A stretch of DNA of 62,896 nucleotides, filler included, from Octopus bimaculoides (lineage: Eukaryota), in assembly GCF_001194135.2 (NCBI RefSeq). It is 11 parts of 10 records of this genome, joined end to end, with 100 filler letters (N's around TTAATTAATTAA, not from the genome) between each part and the next. Parts side by side here need not be neighbours in the genome. Positions count along the whole stretch, not along the records: positions 1 to 23,947 come from NC_068987.1; positions 24,048 to 30,518 come from NC_068989.1; 9 more parts are not named here. One strand, given 5' to 3'. Below are positions 12,031 to 24,739 of this stretch, piece by piece. Both the position numbers and the translations under genes were made by a program. Below the pieces are notes generated by a model, which was not told where the DNA came from, did not search any database, and saw only the letters and a list, made by a program, of their open reading frames with translations. Within the stretch, counting starts at the first letter, position 1, and every line of letters begins with the position of its first letter.

Positions 12031-13619
12031 ATTATTAATGTTCAGTTCCTTTCCATGAGCTAAATGTAAAACTGATACAGACATTAGATTTAAACTCCTG
12101 TATGCTGTTTTTATGCAACTTACTGGATATCTTTCAAATAAATACCTATTTCATTTAAAACATACAGTTCTAGATGAGAAGGCGCTTATATTTGTTTTCA
12201 ATGACTTGCATTCCAAGCTAAAGTTTTGTGCATGTAGGAACATTTCGCCCTAAATGATTTTTAGTGTGTTACACAGAATTCAGTGTTCATTTGTTTGTTC
12301 TCTGAAGCTTTGAAACTCAGATGTATTATCGTCCTAATGAGCAAGCGGAAAGCATGTGCTGTAACTTGTTACTAGCTTCGGGAATATTACTGACTATACG
12401 TCGCTGTTAGTATTGAAGTTGTTGTTATTGTCGCGTGTAATGATATTTGCTTATTTCCTTGAGCAAGATTATTAGCCTGTATTGATTCAGACGATTCATT
12501 TCTATGTACCAGTTTACATCTAATAATCCGTTTTGCCTGCCCGCTTGCACGCATATATGTACGCCTTTGTATATGCATGTTCTTTTGGTTTTATCTCGAA
12601 TTTTTCACCAATGGAAAAAGAGGATATTTGTAACCAACAAACAGGGTTCTTTCATTAGAATTCTTTACGCATATATTCATGTACTTACGTATCCATGTAT
12701 ATATGTATGCACATAAGCATACATATGCTTATTTATGCATAAGTGTGCACACTTACGGATGTGTGCAAAAATAGATATCATTAAATATGGAGTTCCGTTT
12801 GTTTTAAATTGTACATATGCTCATAATGTTTACATGTTTATAAGTGTGTAGATTTACTTACTCTATGTTAACCTTTGGAGCGTTTTATATATTTTGACAA
12901 TGGCTTTAATGGTTCGTAGCTAAAATTTCTTAATTAAGCATGTTCTTTCCAGTTTTCACTTGTGCAGCTTCCCGAAACTTGTATTGAAGTAATTAGTCAC
13001 GTAACAAAGTGCTCCGATAATTATTAATATCAATCCACAGCGATAGTTCGAGTGGAGTAAGTCAGATTTCTCATTAGTTCCATATAAGTAGTTTCTCTTT
13101 TACTAAGTTTTAACACCACGTCAACAACTTCAGGGCAACTAATTTCCTATACCGCGCATTTTTTTTTCTTTGTCTTAGATCATAATGTAGATTGTACGTA
13201 CATTTTACCGAAATCTTGGCAAGAGCATTCCACCAGCATTCTTTCATATATGAGTAGTTATACCCACCACATCACGCACGTAAATTCATGTGTATTCATG
13301 TATATAGACTTATATATGGACGTATATATTGTGTATAAAATATCCGAATACTTTTGAATACATGTGTATATATGATAATATATATTTATTTTATTCGTTT
13401 CTGGTTATTGTAATGAAAGGATGTCTAACTCGTATGTTATTTCCCACTAGATTTCCCCTTATTGATGTCTATTTTGTTTGTTTTATTTCTCTTCGCTGCT
13501 TTCTCGGTAGAACAAAAAGTATAGAACAACAAATCAATTATTTCATTATTAATTTCAATTTCAATATATTTATTGATCACAATATTGTTACCATTAATGT
13601 TTTGTTATATTTTGTTTAG

Positions 13620-13641
13620 ACTTTTTATGATCGAAATTGTG
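13620..13641 (+). CDS. Candidate 22-nt exon (LFMIEIV or TFYDRNC)
   Basis: Acceptor ttttgttatattttgtttag and donor GTG|gtaagt; two open frames. Confidence 0.3.
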
Positions 13642-13904
13642 GTAAGTGCTGCAGTAGTAGTAGTAGTAGTAGTTAGTGTTATTGCTTTCTTTTTTTTATA
13701 TCTGAGCCAGCCTCGATCAAGAAGACTTGTGTGTTAAATGGACGCAGACATAGCATTGTGTTTGAGAAGTTTGCTTAACAACCACATGGCTCAGGACTGT
13801 ATTTGATTGCACGGCTCCATACATAAATGTCTAGTATTATAATCTGAGAAGGTTTGACCTAAATCTTTTCAATAAAATTTGGTTATTTTAGTTTACACTC
13901 TTTA

Positions 13905-14405
13905 GGCCAAAGAGTAACCCTATTCTTCGGCACCTGAAAAAGTTTTGCCCCTAAAATTTACTGACACACAAGTAAGGTCTACAGTGGAATACTGCTCCCA
14001 CACCTAGGACGTTGATGCAACTGTGTTTACAGACATCAGGAGCCCTCATTCAAAGAAAGGCTACGTGGCATACTGGCAACCATTTACTGACAGATACGCT
14101 GTAACTTCTAGTTCACTGGCATGATGTGTGCTCGATTCGATCTATCGCTACTATAATGGTCTCTCTTTCTCAGAACTGATTGGTCTCAAACCTCTATCAA
14201 TTGGGTAACCAGAACGATTCATTTCTCTACTTTTCTTCGTCATCATTGTGTCCATCATCTCTCCACCGGCTCCGTGATAACTATTATTTCCAGTCCTCTC
14301 TTGCTAGAACATGACATTCTTGTATCTTCTTGCTCAAATTTTTCCGGTAGATATTGACTTGCAACATTTTAAACAGAACGTTAATTGTATCAAGCTTAGC
14401 AACCT
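13905..14405 (+). mobile_element. CR1/L2-type LINE, C-terminal RT region, degraded
   Basis: QVRSTVEYCSH and YRYYNGL motifs with multiple frameshifts. Confidence 0.7.
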
Positions 14406-14909
14406 TGGCGGTTCTACAATGGCCTTGGATACTGCCTGTTCCTCAAGATACACCATGTAACAAATATACTCTAAATCAAACCTGATTAAGTAGGTTTGTC
14501 TTAAAAGATGATCAGAGGGTGAGTAATTTTCTTTTCATTTCACTACAATACACTAAGAAGTACAATTAAGCTACAAAATTCTAGTTGTCCTGCAAACAAG
14601 CTTCTTTGCCAGGTCGTATGAAATTTGGTCCGAGGGAATGTGTATAGAAGTAAATTCCAAATCCTCTGACGTACATGTTTAAGTTTATAAAACTTCCAGG
14701 ACATCTGAATTAATACGTTAATACATATACTTCATTTCCACAATATCGCTGAGGGCTTTTTTCATTCACATGAACATCTAGATCCTGTATGCCTATAAAT
14801 GTATGTGCGTATATATGTGTGTATGTATGTTTATTTCAACTTGAAAAAGTCCATATTTTTTAAAGATTAACATTTTTATGGTTCACTTTTAGTGTGTGAC
14901 TGTTTTATC

Positions 14910-15989
14910 ATGCCACGTACAAAAGAAGCCTTGGGTCTTCCGAATTTCAAAGAGGCCGCATTATCATTCAATCCGAAGTTGGACTTTGCCTACGTAAAAT
15001 CGCAGAAAACCTTGGGATCCCACTTTCCACAGTTAATTGAGTTATGGTGCAATTCTCCAGAGAAGGGAAGGAGTCCACATCACCTCTCCCAGGTCGACTA
15101 AGACTCTCTGACAGGACCCTTCGCTTTCTTGAAAAAAGTGTGGAGGATAATCCTCGTTGCAAGGCCTCTGACATTGCAGGACAAGTTGTCATCAGTCCCA
15201 GAACAGCTGTCAGGCATTTCCACAAACTTGGCTACTATGGCAGAGCAGCATGAAAGAAGTCACTTGTTCGAAAAGCCAATATCAAGCGAAGATATTAGGC
15301 CAGTGAGATGGTGGAGAGGCAATTTGCATTTTGGGATTTTGTCATATTCTCTGATGAGTCCAGATTTGCTGTATTTTCTGAGAGTAATCGAGTGTGGGTC
15401 TGAAGACTCTGTGATCAAGAATTTCATATGAAAAGATTCCAGCCAACAAAAATAAAAACATGATGGCTATTCTGTGATGGTCTTGGGAGCCATTTGGAGT
15501 AAGGGCTGATCGGAGCTGGTAAAGTGTGAGGGAAACATAAACTCAAATAAATATGTGTCCATATTGCAGAAGGGATTACTCCCAATCTTCTCCAGTGGTG
15601 ACATGATTAAAGAAGACATATTATTTATGGAAGACAGGGCTCCTTATCACACGGTTAAAAATCCCCAAGATTTATTGGAAGAGAAAGACATTAAGCAGCA
15701 ACTGGGACATAATGGACAGGACACTTCGTAGAAAGAACAGAAAGCATCCTCAAAACCAGAACTTTTGAGATTACTGCATGAAACTTGGCAAGGAATTCCT
15801 GAAGAGAATATTCGTCATCTGATCTGTGGAATGCCTAGTAGGTGCCTGGCATTGAAAAATGCAAAGAGCATGTCTACTAAATGTCAGATATTTACATTAT
15901 AATAATGAATAATTTGAATGTATATCTTCAGATTTAAATAAATTTTAACGAATTTGAGGGTGTCTATTTACTCCTGTCGTGTCTTTGTA
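14910..15989 (+). mobile_element. Tc1-like transposase pseudogene with right TIR
   Basis: MPRTKE...[15 protein letters not shown] (HTH), VIFSDESRF and FMEDRAPYH. Third catalytic motif deleted; several stops. Right TIR-like gggtgtctatttactcctgtcgtgtctttg followed by TA. Left TIR not seen. Confidence 0.9.
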
Positions 15990-16109
15990 TATATACACGT
16001 ATGTATGTATGTATAATATAGATTGAACATGGGCGACTGTTGTATTCTAGGTGGATTAGCGTGAAAAATGGCTGACATGTGGAGACGGGTGCATAGATCG
16101 GAATGCGAG

Positions 16110-17425
16110 GGGTGCAAATTACTTCCTATAAAATTCTGAGCAGGGGGAATTACTTCCTGGAAAATTCCGATGAGTTCCTGCAAAATTCCGAGGATTGCAG
16201 GGAAATTTCCAAGGATGGGATTGGTAATTCCTGAAAAATTCCGAGAACGTCCTGGAAAATTTCGAGGACTTCCTCGAACGTTGGTATTTCCTGGAAAATT
16301 TTGAGGACTCTCTGGAAAATTCCGAGGATTTCATGGATAATTCCGAGGGATTCGTGGCAAGTTCCGAGGGTGGGATAAGTACTTCCTGGAAATTTTCGAG
16401 GACTTTCTGGAAATTTTAGAGGACTTCCTGGAAATTTTAGAGGATTTCATGGAAAGTTCCCAGGGGGTTCGTGGATAGTCCCGAGGAATTCATGGAAAGT
16501 TCCAAGGATGTGATGGGTACTTCCTAGAAAATTCCGATGATTTCACGGAAAGTTCCGATGATGGGATAGGTACTTCCTGGAAAATTCCGATGATTTCCTG
16601 GGAATCTCCAAATGTTTCATGGAAAGTTCCGAGGATTTCATGGAAAGCTCCAATGAATCCATGGAAAGTTCTGGTGATGGGATAAGTAGTTCCTGGAAAT
16701 TTTCGAGGACTTCCTGGACATTTTCAACGGTCTCATGGAAAGTTCCAATGATTTCATGGAAAGTTCCAATGATCGGATAGGTACTTCCTGGAAATTTTCG
16801 AGGATTTCATGGAAAGATCTGAAGAATTTATGGAAAGTTCCGTGGAGTTTATGGAATATTCCCAGGGCTTCATGGAAAGTTCCGATGATTTCATGTGAAG
16901 TTCCAAGGATGGTATAAGTACTTCCCGGTAATTCCGAGGGATTCCTGGAAATTTCTGGAGATTTCATGGAATGTTCTGAGAATTCGATAGGTACTTCCTG
17001 AAAATGTTCGAGGACTTCCTAGAAAGTTCCAAGGAGTCCATGGAAAGTTCCTAGGATTTCATGGGATGTTCCTATGATTTGATGGAACATTCCGAGGATA
17101 GGATAGGTACTTCATGGGAAATTCCCAGGACTTCCTGGGAAGTTTCGGGGTTTTTGTGGGAAGTTCCGGAGTTTTCATGTGAATCTCCGAGGACGGGATA
17201 TGTACTTCCTGGGAATTTCCGAGTACTTCCTGTAAATTTCCGATGACTTCCTGGAAATTTTCGCGGACATTCTGGGAAGTTCCTAGAATTCATGGAAAGT
17301 TCCGAGGGTTTCATGGAAAGACCCATGGGTGGGATAGGTACTTCCTGGAAAGTTCTGAGGGATTCCTGAGAAGTTCCGAGAATGAACTACTTCCTGCAAT
17401 GTTCCGAGCACTGGAAAGTTCCGCC
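16110..17425. repeat. 21-bp-monomer minisatellite (ttc[c/a]tggaaa[g/a]ttccgagga[t/c]) with higher-order marker ggataggtacttcctggaaa
   Basis: Directly visible: roughly 60 diverged monomers and about 14 higher-order markers. Confidence 0.95.
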
Positions 17426-17444
17426 TGATAATCAAAATTTATAC

Positions 17445-17765
17445 TCCCGTGTTCTACAGGCAACCATCTGGAATGGACCGGCCGCTGGTCAAGATGTTCT
17501 CATAACTCCAACGTCCCTCCCCTCCTCCGATACGATCTACAACTTTAAGCACCTTCAATTTCCTATCAAATTCTCCTTTGCAATGGCAATAAATAAGGCA
17601 CAGGGTCAATCATTGCAAATGTTTGGTTTAAATCTCACATAGTAAGTGTTCTCTCACGGTCAACATTATGTTGGATGCTCCCGTGTTGGCAGACCACAAA
17701 ATCTATACATTTGTGCATCAGAAGGGTAAACGAGAAACGTTGCCTACAAAGAAGCGCTCCACTGA
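17445..17765 (+). mobile_element. Helitron Rep/Hel helicase C-terminal fragment (pseudogene)
   Basis: FKHLQFPIKFSFAMAINKAQGQSL...FSHGQHYVGCSRVG matches PIF1-like helicase motifs V-VI of Helitrons; contains in-frame stops. Confidence 0.93.
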
Positions 17766-18238
17766 AAAGACGGTATTTCTTCACATCTTCCAAATCACCC
17801 CAGTCATATGCCGCCATAAAAGCTTCGTACTTGCCGTGCCAGCCAACGTAAGTCAATGACACACAACTTCACTCATGCACTCTATCTCTCTTTCTCACCC
17901 TCTTTCTCTCTCACATACACACACACACGCACGTCCATTTCATATACCTTCTTACGGATACAACTGCTTACAAAAATTTGGATTAATGTATAATTTCTTT
18001 CTATGTTCATAATTAAATAAATGTTTTAATGATTATACAGACGTCCAATAGAATAGCTCTCAGAAACAGACTACGTATAAATTNNNNNNNNNNNNNNNNN
18101 NNNNNNNNNNNNNNNNNNNNNNNNNNNNNNNNNNNNNNNNNNNNNNNNNNNNNNNNNNNNNNNNNNNNNNNNNNNNNNNNNNNNNNNNNNNNNNNNNNNN
18201 NNNNNNNNNNNNNNNNNNNNNNNNNNNNNNNNNNNNNN

Positions 18239-18269
<31 letters not shown>

Positions 18270-18543
18270 GGAGAGAAAGGAGGGAAAGAGAGGAGAGAGA
18301 CAGACAGTCAGACAGACAAACAAACAGATAGATAGATAGATAGGTAGGTAGGTAGGTAGGTAGGTAGGTAGGTAGGTAATGTCTCTCATTCAGGCTATAA
18401 TTTCAATTAAGCGAAATTTATGCTATTCAAGCTGATGTTATATTTGGGAAATTTTCGATATAGATCGGGTGCGTTCGTATGTTTTATGTGTATAAGTCTG
18501 TATATTTGTGTGTATGTGTGTGTATGCTTGTGTGTGTGTGGGA

Positions 18544-18595
<52 letters not shown>

Positions 18596-18599
18596 TTTC

Positions 18600-18890
18600 A
18601 CTGTCCTGTTGTGTTACCTATTTTGACCCTCCGCAGAATCCCAAATTGTATTTAATTTGCTTTGCGGGAGCAACTGTTTTATAGAAAGCGTATATTGTTG
18701 TTAAATGCTCGAAATACGAGACTAGAAAAACAGTCAACAACTGATGAAGGATCCTTCTTTATGTTGTTTGTTTTGTTTTCCATCTGTGTCTTCTTTCGTT
18801 ATTTGAAAGAATAGTTCATGTTCCATGTACTCATGCTTCGTACCTTTTTTTTTGTACACGTTTCGTGACATCCTGTGCCCACATATGCAT
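18600..18890. repeat. Unclassified interspersed repeat similar in layout to 1-420
   Basis: gaaa...ctgatgaaggatccttc followed by a T-rich tail; contains palindrome gaaggatccttc. Confidence 0.3.
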
Positions 18891-20759
18891 ACAAAGCGGC
18901 CTCCCACCAACGAATAATAAAAAAAGGAGAAAATTAGTTACTCAGTTTAAAATATCACTATACAGTTATGCCTGGAAATATAGCTACACAAAAAATAGAG
19001 TAAATTTCATGACCATTTTCATAGTATATTCGAAAACTATCAAAGATAAAACAGAAGATATGCTCCATGAAGAAAAAGGAGAAACATATGCAATTTTACA
19101 TGTACAAATTATTTATTTTATTGAAACAATTGGTAGTTACCTCGTTTATTTACATAGTGGTCATTTTAGTTTCCTACATGCTAGTAGAATTTGTATATTT
19201 CAAAAAACTTGCACATTCCTGATTTTTTAATTTAAAATTCATTTCAACACTTACGGATATATTTCATTAAGAATTATTGCTTTCAGACATCAGGATAACG
19301 CGTGCATAGGATACAAAAACAAATATGTAATCAATGTTTAATACTTTTGGTAACCAGAACCTCAGAAGAAACACTTTCAGAATATCATTGGCTCCTGTAT
19401 GCATAAATGTCAAGTTATTGAAAGCTAAGGATAAGAAACATAAATTTACGGGAAAAAAACAAAAAAATTAAAAAGCCTGGGGGTTCCTCAAATAAACAAC
19501 ATGTTCTGCTGCATTTGACATACGCAGATTAATTTTCATAAGTTTCCTGTAGAACCAAAGAATTGGTCAATGAGATAAACAGCTTTAAGTTACAGATCTC
19601 AATGAAAATATGAGTACTGTGCACAATAGATGGATATCGGAGAGGAAATATGACAATTGTAAGAGAAAAATGTATCCTACTGTAGAAAGATAAACACAAA
19701 GGTTTCAAATGAAAGTAAGGAAAAGGAGGAGGAAGAAGAGGCATAGAAGGCAACGGAGATTTAATCTGCAGCAGATAGAAAAGACATTGTTGTATTCTAT
19801 GAAGCATTGAAATAGATTTCATGGCTACAGTCGTGTAGGACATGTTATATTGTAACTGTTGTTAGTTCATAGATGTTGGGCAAAAGAAAATGAAATTTTG
19901 CTATGAACTTTAAGATTCGTTTGAATATTGATTCCTCATCTCATGAGGATATTATTTCTTCAATTCCACAAACATCAGAAATTGTACAACTTACATATTA
20001 ACCTACGTGTACTGAAGTTCATCCGGCAGGAAATTAAACAGCATCTATGTAATTACGTGGTCAGCAGAAGTTCAATCGTAAACGCTTGTTTTTACTTGTT
20101 TTGATGGGTTTGTGTTTTGCTACTATGGAGCAACAGTTACATTTCCCTGAACTATAAAATATGTGTCCATCAATCCTCGTGTCAAAACCTTAAGGCAAGT
20201 AATAAATTTGTAGTAACCATTGTGACATTTCCCTTCTATGTACTTTTTTTTCTTTTTTCAGACCTTAGAACGGCATTCGATGAGATAAACCAAGAGTTTC
20301 CTTGCAAAATAGTAAAGAAAATCATTGTAACTTGTTACATGCTAAACGTTATTATTTCCTTTCAAGCTGAAGTTATCTCTATTATCTAAATTCCATGGTT
20401 TCGCTAGTGGTACTGAGCAAGATTGCGTTTTGACCTCTTTTATTATTTACTATTTATTTCTAAGTTATGCTTTATTATATTTTTAAAGAATATCTGACTT
20501 TAGTTTTGTGATTATACTTCTATACAAACAGTACCAACACAGCTTATTTAATTAATTATACGTTTTAACCTTGGTATCAGTAGATCCCTGTCCAGTTTCT
20601 ACATTGTGCACTAATCAACCAAACTAGTTGTCACTACATTCAGTGAGTGATAGAAAACGAGCTTACATAGAAGTAGCATACATTTAGTATGACTGTAACT
20701 GCAACCAGTAACAGAGCAGCAAAATTGACAAACATTTCACCAGTGAACCATTTGAGGTT

Positions 20760-21000
20760 GTATACACTCGGATGCAATGACTTCTATCGCGTCATTGACT
20801 TGTTAGAAATAGCAGTGGAATCTTCCTCAAGTCACATCACTCAATCGGAGAAATGGATACGTTGAATAATCTGACCCTGGGTTCACTTCACAGAACGAAG
20901 TTGCCACGGCTGGGTATAATGCCTTTAATCACACGCCTGTACTACCAGAGCTGATTTCATGCTAAATAACATACTACAGCTACTAGATATAATGAATCAA
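20760..21000 (+). mobile_element. SINE 3' module (gacttg.tagaaatagca... family), decayed
   Basis: Shares sequence with 37190-37370 and 59840-60030. Confidence 0.55.
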
Positions 21001-21324
21001 CGAAGAGATTCTAGACACTCGCATACTAGCTAAAAATTACAGCCTACTTTCCCACAAAAAAAAATCTTGTTAAAACAGAAATAACATACTGAATAATGCA
21101 GTGCAGAGTTCACAAAACCCACGCAAAAATACAGAATGGTCACGAGAACGCCTTAAAGAAATTAGGACACATGCAATAAATATATTGCCCTAGACATAAA
21201 AGTTTATCATGACTAGAAGAGATTTAGTCATAGATATACTTGATCCGATCTAACTTGAAGCTAAACGACTACAGTTACTACTTATAAACAACATGAATAT
21301 GAATTCTTCAGCGAAGCCCCTTAC

Positions 21325-21399
21325 GTAGTGATATCATATGGGATTCAATTTCGCTGGCATCAATAGCTAAGTAATTTGCAATTTCTTCTGTTTCTAATC
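21325..21399 (-). CDS. Candidate exon B, xLETEEIANYLAIDASEIESHMISL (HTH/winged-helix-like pattern)
   Basis: 75 nt, tttaag| acceptor, |gtaagg donor, open frame, phase 1-1. Paralogous to 21474-21542. Confidence 0.4.
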
Positions 21400-21473
21400 C
21401 TTAAATCCAACACTGATAAATCTGCCGACAAGATAAGATATTACCCATGAAGCATGCGCATCAGAACTCCTAC

Positions 21474-21542
21474 GAGTATATACCACATGAGATTCGGTAT
21501 CACTAACATCAATTTGGAAGTAGTTTTCCTTCAGCTGTAATC
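21474..21542 (-). CDS. Candidate exon A, xLQLKENYFQIDVSDTESHVVYT
   Basis: 69 nt, tttaag| acceptor, |gtagga donor, open frame, phase 1-1. Separated from exon B by 74 nt. Confidence 0.35.
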
Positions 21543-21664
21543 CTTAAATCCGAAAGTGGTAAATTTAACAAGTTATCTTTCATACAGAAAGTATATGTAC
21601 ATATACATATGTTTCTATCAACATCACATATACATACATGCATACACACACACATACGCACACG

Positions 21665-21725
<61 letters not shown>

Positions 21726-22986
21726 NNNNNNNNNNNNNNNNNNNNNNNNNNNNNNNNNNNNNNNNNNNNNNNNNNNNNNNNNNNNNNNNNNNNNNNNNNN
21801 NNNNNNNNNNNNNNNNNNNNNNNNNNNNNNNNNNNNNNNNNNNNNNNNNNNNNNNNNNNNNNNNNNNNNNNNNNNNNNNNNNNNNNNNNNNNNNNNNNNN
21901 NNNNNNNNNNNNNNNNNNNNNNNNNNNNNNNNNNNNNNNNNNNNNNNNNNNNNNNNNNNNNNNNNNNNNNNNNNNNNNNNNNNNNNNNNNNNNNNNNNNN
22001 NNNNNNNNNNNNNNNNNNNNNNNNNNNNNNNNNNNNNNNNNNNNNNNNNNNNNNNNNNNNNNNNNNNNNNNNNNNNNNNNNNNNNNNNNNNNNNNNNNNN
22101 NNNNNNNNNNNNNNNNNNNNNNNNNNNNNNNNNNNNNNNNNNNNNNNNNNNNNNNNNNNNNNNNNNNNNNNNNNNNNNNNNNNNNNNNNNNNNNNNNNNN
22201 NNNNNNNNNNNNNNNNNNNNNNNNNNNNNNNNNNNNNNNNNNNNNNNNNNNNNNNNNNNNNNNNNNNNNNNNNNNNNNNNNNNNNNNNNNNNNNNNNNNN
22301 NNNNNNNNNNNNNNNNNNNNNNNNNNNNNNNNNNNNNNNNNNNNNNNNNNNNNNNNNNNNNNNNNNNNNNNNNNNNNNNNNNNNNNNNNNNNNNNNNNNN
22401 NNNNNNNNNNNNNNNNNNNNNNNNNNNNNNNNNNNNNNNNNNNNNNNNNNNNNNNNNNNNNNNNNNNNNNNNNNNNNNNNNNNNNNNNNNNNNNNNNNNN
22501 NNNNNNNNNNNNNNNNNNNNNNNNNNNNNNNNNNNNNNNNNNNNNNNNNNNNNNNNNNNNNNNNNNNNNNNNNNNNNNNNNNNNNNNNNNNNNNNNNNNN
22601 NNNNNNNNNNNNNNNNNNNNNNNNNNNNNNNNNNNNNNNNNNNNNNNNNNNNNNNNNNNNNNNNNNNNNNNNNNNNNNNNNNNNNNNNNNNNNNNNNNNN
22701 NNNNNNATATACATACATATATACATATAAATGTCTGTATCAGTTATAAAACAATTTTACATTAATCTGATCCATAAATGTATAATTTTGTAGGGTATAA
22801 ATTAATGATTATTATACAAGAAGGCTGTTGACAGTGACTCCGATGTTTCGGCAGTCTGACTATGTATTAGCTGGTCGAAACTTTGAATTCCCTGTTATCA
22901 ACGTTATTGTATAACAATTATATATGTGTGTGTGTGTCCGTGTGTGTCTATGTATGTATGTATGTATGTATGTATGTATATATAAG

Positions 22987-23232
22987 CGCAGGAGCGGCTG
23001 TGTCATAAGAAGCTTCCTTCCCAACTACATGGTTCCGGCTTCAGTTCCAATTCGTGGCACCTTGAGCAAGTGTCTTCTACTACTGCGTCGGGTCGACCAA
23101 ATCCTGTGAGTGAAAAGACACTCGTTGAGTTTTGTATGTATATATGTGTGTGTGTCTGTGGAGTGCTCAGCCACTTGCACGTTAATTTCACGAGCAGGCT
23201 GTTCTGTTGATCGGATCAACTGGAACATTCGT
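22987..23232 (+). mobile_element. tRNA-derived SINE, chimeric head and tail
   Basis: Head matches 32488-32640 (ccttgagcaagtgtcttctac, CORE-like). Tail gtctgtggagtgctcagccac matches 41905-41970. Confidence 0.7.
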
Positions 23233-23893
23233 NNNNNNNNNNATATATATATATATATATATATATAGCTGTATGTATGTAGACTGCTGTCTCGCTGTCG
23301 TGTATAAACTCTTTTTGCGATTTGTTCTTCTTTACTCAACTAGAAAACGTAATGTCACCGTGTCCTGGGCTCTAAAGTGCTTCATAGAACCTGCTGTTAA
23401 TCTGTCGGTTCCAATTGCAAATCTTGCATGTGTGTTTCATTACCAACGTATGTGTTCTTCGGCTACCATTGCTATGCACCGTGTTAATGTAACTCGGCAT
23501 ACCTTACTTTCACTTCAGAATCCAACTACAAGTTGGGTATTTGAAAATGTCTCAAATAAAACAGAGTACATGCTAGATGGCGAAATTAACAGCGTTTTAG
23601 AGTATGCTAGTAATATTTGTGTGTAGATAAACGTAGATGAATACGTTTGTATACATGTAACTGTGTATACATATATGTGTATGTGTATGTGTATGTGTAT
23701 GTGTTTGTGTATGTATATATATATATATATAGGTGTGTGCGTGTGTGTGTGTGTGTGTATGTAAGTGTGTGTGTGTGCGTGTGTGTGTGTGTGTGTGTGT
23801 ATATACATATATATAAGAGAGACAGAGAGAAGGAAAGAGATAGAAAAAGAGAATTATGATAAATACCAGTATATATATATATATATATATATT

Positions 23894-23947
<54 letters not shown>

Positions 23948-24047
23948 NNNNNNNNNNNNNNNNNNNNNNNNNNNNNNNNNNNNNNNNNNNNTTAATTAAT
24001 TAANNNNNNNNNNNNNNNNNNNNNNNNNNNNNNNNNNNNNNNNNNNN

Positions 24048-24078
<31 letters not shown>

Positions 24079-24739
24079 TGAATAGGATGATCAGTAAGTT
24101 GTCATAACAGAATGCCGTAGAAAAAAAAACACACAACCACATTATCACAATAGAAAGAAACCTTCTATGTTCGTAAAATCTGCATACTTAAGCACTCACT
24201 CAGAAATGTGTGTATATATATATATGCCGATACACACATTTACATGCCCATATACACACCTCTCTACACACATACGCATATACATATACATGTATATGCA
24301 TATATATGTATAAATATACACACCTACGTATATATGTATACGCAATTTCATCCTCACATAGATATATGCATACAGTTATATTAGACATTTATACAAATAA
24401 ATATACTCGTACACAAAGGTAAACCTATGCATGTATGCACACTCGTACCGGCATATATGCACACTCGCCGCATATATGAATATACATATATGTACATACA
24501 CACACAGAATTACACTCATATATATACATGGACGCGTACAATATATACATACACACACACATACACATTTTATATATACTTATATATACATATACTCACA
24601 CGCGTATACAATCGCACAGTTGAGAAAGGAAAAAAATGAAGAATATATATATATAAAACAATAAAAAATGTTAAGACAAATGGAAGGCTTGTACAGGGAC
24701 ATAATAAAAACGCAAGTTCTATCCGTGATCTTGGGGGAG

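Noticed and set aside
16110-17425. Array as CRISPR or as a coding repeat protein
   Set aside because: No unique spacers, no cas genes, and a eukaryotic context. ORFs are short, occur on both strands and are broken by stops.
23992-24003. ttaattaattaa inside N runs (also at 30563, 33634, 37506, 43116, 46930, 49199, 51135, 59610 and 60892)
   Set aside because: Identical 12-mer centred in ~100-nt N joins (44 N each side where counted), with stops in all six frames. This is an artificial scaffolding linker, not biology.
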